A stretch of 64,000 nucleotides of DNA from a virus (Duplodnaviria > Caudoviricetes). Position numbers and translations under genes: made by a program. The notes under the pieces are model-generated. The model was not told where the DNA came from, ran no database searches, and was given only the letters and a program-made list of their open reading frames with translations. Location: the IMG/VR virus record IMGVR_UViG_3300010356_002264. One strand, 5' to 3'. Position 1 is the stretch's first letter. Each line of letters starts with the position of its first letter. This document shows, one piece after another, positions 58,923-64,000 of this stretch.

Positions 58923-60230
58923 CTACGCAGACAGGAGGCGGCGGGCCTCCTCGATCAGGAGGGCGCGCTTGTTGCGTGTGGGGTCATCCAGCACCCAGGC
59001 ATGCAGCGCGCGCTGGAGCTCCCCGATCCGGGGGCCTGGGGGGATGCCGAGGTCGGAGACGATGTTCGCTCCGCTCAGGTCGAGTTCGCCTGGGCGGAGC
59101 GGGAAGGGCTTGACCTGAGCGTCTTGGATGCGGGTCGCCAGGTGTTTGAACGCGTGCCCGCTCATCCTCTCTTCCTCGATGCGTTGCCCCACCAAAAGCC
59201 ACGTCCTGATGCCCTCCTGGTCGTTCGGGTGAAGGGCGAGGAAGCGGCGCACGGCCCCCATCTCCGGCCCGAGGGTCGGGAGGTCGGCGGTGAGCGCCCA
59301 GGACAGCCCCTCACAGTGCGCGGTCGACAGGCGCAGCGTCTCGTAGAGGTACTGCCCCACGGCTCGACGGTCCATGCCCTGCGCGCGGAAGTGCTCGCGC
59401 AGCGGCCACAGCAGCGCCGTCCACCGATGGCCGACCGGTACGTTGGACACGACGTAGATCCAATCTCCCTGGTTGTCGTCGAGGGTCCTGGCGTGCGGGG
59501 CGAGGTCTGGGAGGATGGTCCCAAGGATGTCGCAACTCTTGGCGAAGAACAGCAGGTCGAGGCCGTGGAACACGAGGCTGGGTTCCCGCTGGATGATCTT
59601 CTGGAGCTCGTCGCGCACGCGCTCGCGGCTCACCTGGCGCAGCACGTCGAGCGCCGACGGGATGGCCCGCCACGTAGCGGCCTCAATCGTGAACCCAAAG
59701 CGCGCCGCGAACCGCACGGCGCGCAGGACGCGCAGGCCGTCCTCCCGAAGGCGCGCGACGGGGTCGCCGACCGCCCTGACCTGACCAAGCCCCAGGTCGC
59801 GCTGGCCCTCGAACGGGTCGACGACCTTGTCCGCCACGGGGTCGTAGGCGATCGCGTTGATCGTGAAGTCGCGACGCCGGAGGTCCTCGACGACGTCGTC
59901 GAGGAACACGACGCTGTCGGGACGTCGACCATCCGAGTAGGTCCCGTCTCCTCGAAACGTGGTGATCTCCACGGGGAGCGAGGAAGCTCCTGGGGTCATG
60001 ACGGTGACCGTCCCGTGCGCGATCCCCGTGGGGATGACGCGCAGGTCGGAGAACACCCCCTGGACCTGTTCAGGCCGGGCCGATGTGGCGAGGTCGAAGT
60101 CCTTGGGGGGATCCCCGCGGAGGCGGTCTCGCACCGCGCCACCGACCAGGTAGGCCGCGTGGCCCGCCTGCTGGAGGCGTCGGCAGAGGTCGACGACCTC
60201 CTGGGGAAACGAGGCGGGCTGTAGGCTCAT
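58923..60230 (-). CDS. cca: CCA-adding tRNA nucleotidyltransferase (class II)
   Basis: YLVGGAVRD, KDFDLAT, EITTFR, DLRRRDFTINA, EDGLRVLRAVRF, ERVRDEL. Confidence 0.9.
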   Translation of the reverse strand: MSLQPASFPQEVVDLCRRLQQAGHAAYLVGGAVRDRLRGDPPKDFDLATSARPEQVQGVFSDLRVIPTGIAHGTVTVMTPGASSLPVEITTFRGDGTYSDGRRPDSVVFLDDVVEDLRRRDFTINAIAYDPVADKVVDPFEGQRDLGLGQVRAVGDPVARLREDGLRVLRAVRFAARFGFTIEAATWRAIPSALDVLRQVSRERVRDELQKIIQREPSLVFHGLDLLFFAKSCDILGTILPDLAPHARTLDDNQGDWIYVVSNVPVGHRWTALLWPLREHFRAQGMDRRAVGQYLYETLRLSTAHCEGLSWALTADLPTLGPEMGAVRRFLALHPNDQEGIRTWLLVGQRIEEERMSGHAFKHLATRIQDAQVKPFPLRPGELDLSGANIVSDLGIPPGPRIGELQRALHAWVLDDPTRNKRALLIEEARRLLSA

Positions 60231-60982
60231 GGGGTCTTCTCGTTGGGTACGGGGTTCGAGGCGTCGAGCACGAGGTAGAAGCTGCGCCCCTCGTACGCCC
60301 CAGGGCGTCGGACGAAGCGCGCGGGGTATCGCTGGCTGCCCCGCACCACGATCACCGTCCCCGTCGCGCCCTCTCCGGGGTCGGGGAACTGCTCGGGGTC
60401 CGGGTAGTAGTGGGTGCTGTGCGCGCCGAGGGCGGTCTTGGCGCGCAGCAGGTCAAGCTCAACCTCCACGTCGAGGCTGCGCAGGTAGTCGAACACGGAC
60501 CGCTCGATGTCCGCGAACCGCTTCATGTTGACGTGGGTGACCTGGTCGGCGCGCACCATCCCGATCGACTGGAGGTAGGCGAGGTAGTCGCGGATGACCG
60601 TGAGCCCCTTGTCGAACGACGTCGGTATGATCTCCGTTTCCTCGCACTGGAGGAGGATCGCGCGGTCACGCCGCGCGTTGAACTCGATCGCGAAGTCGCG
60701 CGGGTTTCGGAACCCCTCGATCACGCAGGCTGCGTTGAGGTCGTGGTGCTCGCGCAGGTATCGCAGGTTGAAGTCCGGGTCGGCCCCCATCACCGTGTTG
60801 TTGAACTGCACGAGCGCGTCGGTGTGCTCCTGACGGCTCGTCGATCCCTGCGGGGGGAAGTTCGCCCGGAACCACTCGGACGCGCTCACCACGGGGAGGC
60901 CGAGCGCCCCCGCCAGGTGGCGCGCGAACGGGGTCTTACCGGAGTTGCTGGACCCGAGGACGAAGAAGCGTGTTGGTTCCAC
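60227..60982 (-). CDS. P-loop kinase-like protein (start uncertain)
   Basis: VLGSSNSGKT; VIEGFR. Confidence 0.65.
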   Translation of the reverse strand: MEPTRFFVLGSSNSGKTPFARHLAGALGLPVVSASEWFRANFPPQGSTSRQEHTDALVQFNNTVMGADPDFNLRYLREHHDLNAACVIEGFRNPRDFAIEFNARRDRAILLQCEETEIIPTSFDKGLTVIRDYLAYLQSIGMVRADQVTHVNMKRFADIERSVFDYLRSLDVEVELDLLRAKTALGAHSTHYYPDPEQFPDPGEGATGTVIVVRGSQRYPARFVRRPGAYEGRSFYLVLDASNPVPNEKTP

Positions 60983-60990
60983 AGGGGTCT

Positions 60991-61290
60991 CTAGCGAACG
61001 GGCCAGATGAACGCCTTGAGTTTGGAGATCCACGGGAGATCCTCCTTAGTGACGTACTCGCCCATCGATCGGGCCTCCGCGTGCAGCTTGTCGGCCAGGC
61101 GTCGAAGCTGGTCCTGCGTGTTGCGGGCCGCGCCGATCCGGGAGATGAACTCGTGGTGAAACATGACGGCGCGGGAGACCGCGCCCGCCAGGTGGTCGTG
61201 CTGTCCGCTGCGACGGAGCTCACGCTCCGCCTCCTCGAGGAGGCGGACGTGCTGCTCGTGGTCGAACTTGTCGTTGGGCTCTGTGGTCAT
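60991..61290 (-). CDS. Hypothetical protein
   Basis: Motif 37 nt upstream. Confidence 0.6.
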   Translation of the reverse strand: MTTEPNDKFDHEQHVRLLEEAERELRRSGQHDHLAGAVSRAVMFHHEFISRIGAARNTQDQLRRLADKLHAEARSMGEYVTKEDLPWISKLKAFIWPVR

Positions 61291-61330
61291 GCGGGAGGGT
61301 CGAAGGGATCCCCCCGCGCGGAGCTGATCG

Positions 61331-62176
61331 CTAGAGGGTGAAGCCGGCGAGCTTCTGGATCTCCCGGTCCAGCCGGTCCTTCTTCCGCTGGAGCGTGTCC
61401 TTTAGCCTGGCGATGGTGTCGTCGACGTTCTTGTAGAACTCGACGGCAGCCTTCTCGAAGTCCTCGAAGCGTCGCGGTCCCTGGGGGACGGGAGGACGGC
61501 CGTAGTTGTAGCCGTAGGACGGCACGGGAAGAGGCGCGGGAAGAGGCGCGGACTCGTACGCTGCGCGCAGGTCTTCCTTGAAGTGCTCGAAGCCCGCGCG
61601 TGAGAGGTAGGTGGTCCCGCTGCGGGGAGAGGCCGGCAGGTAGCTCCAGCGCTGAAGCTGCACGAAGTAGGTCTTCGGGAAGTCCTCGGGCTCGCGGGCG
61701 GTCTGCTGGTCGTACTGGCTGCGGGCCTCCAGGCCGTACTGGCCGATGTTCCCGCGGGCAGCCTGCGCGATGACTTGGTCCCGCGACAGGCTGACGTACA
61801 GGTGGCGCTGCGCCTTGCGAGCCTGGCGCGCGGCCTCGTTCTCAACGCCACCGAGGAAGATGTTGACGGAGCGCTCGAACCGTCCCCAGTCGGCGTTGCC
61901 GCTCGCGGCCCAGGCGGCCTTGAGGTCCTCCTTGAAGTGCTCGAAGCCCGCACGGGTGAGGAAGACATCCCCCAGGCGGCTGGGCATCTTCATGACGCGG
62001 AACTTGTGAACGCGCATGAAGTATTCGCCGGGAAAATCCTCCGGCGACCCACCGGGGCAGGTGCTTCTCCGCTTGAGGTACTCAGCGGGGATCAGGGTGG
62101 ACGGTTCACCACGACGGGCAGAGGCGGTCACCACCTCCCGCGTGGTACGCAGGGTCTGGGTCTTTCGTTTCCACAT
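61331..62176 (-). CDS. Hypothetical protein with internal duplication
   Basis: PEDFP..YF...RAGFEHFKEDL occurs twice. Confidence 0.7.
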   Translation of the reverse strand: MWKRKTQTLRTTREVVTASARRGEPSTLIPAEYLKRRSTCPGGSPEDFPGEYFMRVHKFRVMKMPSRLGDVFLTRAGFEHFKEDLKAAWAASGNADWGRFERSVNIFLGGVENEAARQARKAQRHLYVSLSRDQVIAQAARGNIGQYGLEARSQYDQQTAREPEDFPKTYFVQLQRWSYLPASPRSGTTYLSRAGFEHFKEDLRAAYESAPLPAPLPVPSYGYNYGRPPVPQGPRRFEDFEKAAVEFYKNVDDTIARLKDTLQRKKDRLDREIQKLAGFTL

Positions 62177-62205
62177 GGGGCTCTTTCTCCACCATGATTT
62201 CTAGC

Positions 62206-62225
62206 AGAGCTGTCTGACAGCTCTC
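62206..62225. promoter_or_regulatory. Back-to-back ACAGCTC elements, each 37 nt from a divergent ATG
   Basis: AGAGCTGTC-TG-ACAGCTCT; ATGs at 62176 (-) and 62255 (+). Confidence 0.8.
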
Positions 62226-62254
62226 CGCCCCTGTTCCTGATAGACTGCGCGCCC

Positions 62255-62593
62255 ATGGAGCTAGATCCCGTCCTACTAGAAGAGTCCATGCAGGCGCTGC
62301 GCGTGGACAAGAGCCGGCGAAGGCCCCCGCATGTGGACTCCGCGCACGCGGCCGACCGCGCGGTGCTGTTCAACCTCGTGTGTCCCGTCGGTACCATCGT
62401 TCGCTACTTCCCCATATGGGGGCAGTGGGACAAGTCCCAGACCTGTACGGTCTCTCGCAGGGCGTACCTGAGCGCATCCAAGGAGCCCGTGGTGTTTCTC
62501 GACGATGTGTCGGGGTGCGTGAGCGTGTGGAACTGCGAGCCCGTAACCATCCAACCTGCGGGGCAGGCCGAAGAATCGCGGGGGGCGGCATGA
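62255..62593 (+). CDS. Hypothetical protein
   Basis: FN..CPVGTIVRY; motif upstream. Confidence 0.65.
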   Translation: MELDPVLLEESMQALRVDKSRRRPPHVDSAHAADRAVLFNLVCPVGTIVRYFPIWGQWDKSQTCTVSRRAYLSASKEPVVFLDDVSGCVSVWNCEPVTIQPAGQAEESRGAA

Positions 62594-62922
62594 GCACCGT
62601 ATCTCGCCCCAAGGATCCCACGACAGGACCCGCGTTCGTGGCGCACGCCCGTGTGGCACGAGAGGACCTCCGCCTGGACCGCCCAGAAGTCCAACGGGAC
62701 ATCAAGCACGCCTGGTTCGCGCAGGAACTCGCCGTGCTGCTGGAGCAGGTCGTTGGTGACCCGAAGGATTTTGCGCGACGGGCTGGAGTGCGGGAGGTCG
62801 CCCTTCGTCGACTGCTGCGGGGAGAAGACCTCGACCGTGTGTCCGTCGACACGATGCTCCGCGTCATCATCCAGGGGCGGCTGCACCTCCAGGTGACGAC
62901 CTTCGCGCGCCCCTCGTCCTAG
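62590..62922 (+). CDS. HTH-containing protein
   Basis: DFARRAGV...LRRLLRGE...VSVDTM. Confidence 0.6.
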   Translation: MSTVSRPKDPTTGPAFVAHARVAREDLRLDRPEVQRDIKHAWFAQELAVLLEQVVGDPKDFARRAGVREVALRRLLRGEDLDRVSVDTMLRVIIQGRLHLQVTTFARPSS

Positions 62923-62957
62923 TCCCTTGAGCGTGCTATCGCACGACCAGGAGTGAG

Positions 62958-63656
62958 ATGCCCGCCACCTACGTCGAGATCAGCCGAGACGAGTTCGAGG
63001 AGTGGCTCAACACGCTCGGCAAGCGCTGGTCACGGGACACGCGCACGGCGGGCATCTACTACGTGCACCTGTCGGATCGTGTTGGGGTGAAGATCTCATC
63101 CTCGATCGGGTCGCGCGACTCCGCGATGGGGCGGGCCAACGCCTCCATCGACATCGTCCTTGCCTCGCTCATCACCCATCGCACGCTGAACCGTGTCGGT
63201 GGGGAGCAGTCGCGCTACCATCGCACCCAGAAGTGGAGAGACAACCTCCGGCGCGGGGTCCTGCACTTCGAGCAGGTCTACTCGGCTGCGCGCGACTTCT
63301 ACGAGAAGATCGCCCCCATCGCGGACCGGGAGAAGTACAAGACAGAACGCCTCCAGATCCTGAGCAGGATTCCCGACGTGTCCGACGACGACGTGCTGGC
63401 TCACATACACAAGCGGCTCGTGCAGGGAGGCGTGCTGGACGACCCCCAGGAAGCAGTGCTGCGGGTCGCCGCGAACCTGAACGATGACCAAGTGAAGTTC
63501 CTTGGCCGGCTCGAGAAGCTCCGCCAGAGGGCGATGCGTGACCCTCAGACCCTTGGGGACATCACGAGCACGCGTCGCACCATCTGGACGGGCAGGACGC
63601 TTGCGCCCGACCTGCGCAAGCGCCTTCACGAGGCGCTCCAGAAGTACGGGGTGTAG
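62958..63656 (+). CDS. Hypothetical protein
   Basis: AGGAG SD; GC3 bias. Confidence 0.7.
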   Translation: MPATYVEISRDEFEEWLNTLGKRWSRDTRTAGIYYVHLSDRVGVKISSSIGSRDSAMGRANASIDIVLASLITHRTLNRVGGEQSRYHRTQKWRDNLRRGVLHFEQVYSAARDFYEKIAPIADREKYKTERLQILSRIPDVSDDDVLAHIHKRLVQGGVLDDPQEAVLRVAANLNDDQVKFLGRLEKLRQRAMRDPQTLGDITSTRRTIWTGRTLAPDLRKRLHEALQKYGV

Positions 63657-63659
63657 TGT

Positions 63660-64000
63660 GGCCTCCTGGTGGGTTGACCGGGTTGGGCGGAACCTCCTGG
63701 AGGTGTTCACGCCAACGAACCTACCGCCCCCTGTGGCGGTGTACTCCACGCCGATACCTCCCGGTACGGGACCAACTGGACCCTCAGGGACCGGAACGTC
63801 GGGTTCAGGGTCATCGTCATCGTCATCCTCGTCGACCGGAGGATGGAGTTGGCCGCTTCCCCTCCCAATCCCACTTCCCTTCCCACTCCCTTGGCCTCCA
63901 GGTTGGCCTCCGCGGCCCGCCTCTCCGGCACCGGCACCGGCACCACCAGCACCACCGCCTCCTCCTCTGCCGCCGCCTCCCCCGCCTCCCCCGCCTCCCC
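63660..64000 (-). CDS. 3' part of a Gly-rich/acidic protein entering from outside the window; end uncertain
   Basis: GGGGAGGAGAG...DEDDDDDPEP frame. Confidence 0.35.

Noticed and set aside
59001-60224. Long antisense ORFs such as this one and 21143-22147
   Set aside because: Typical high-GC shadow frames opposite recognisable genes.

Overview
High-GC, gene-dense segment of what looks like a large (jumbo-type) phage genome. It has many short orphan ORFs, putative virion genes and two collagen-like fibre genes next to a glycosyltransferase. Replication and repair enzymes include an ATP-dependent DNA ligase, a UvrD helicase, and a methyltransferase-SNF2 helicase carrying two inteins. There are orphan DNA-modification homologues (DndC-like, DpdA/TGT-like) and several free-standing endonucleases. 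A translation and RNA-repair kit comprises a tRNA cluster, an RNA ligase, a CCA-adding enzyme, an RRM protein and a release factor. Four things stand out. (1) An RF1-type (PxT, GGQ) release factor is split by a prfB-style +1 frameshift cassette that uses UAG instead of UGA (GGAGG-GGT-CTT-TAG-C), in a window whose genes mostly stop at TAG. (2) The endonuclease of one intein is a separate ORF overprinted in the +1 frame. (3) A bipartite motif WCAGCTC-N18-CGAC-N8 sits a fixed 37 nt upstream of more than 20 start codons, which implies a dedicated promoter and mostly leaderless mRNAs. (4) An ~800-nt structured non-coding unit holds a tRNA and tRNA-like modules inside a repeated stem/internal-loop clamp. 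All calls come from motif recognition by eye; no database searches were run.
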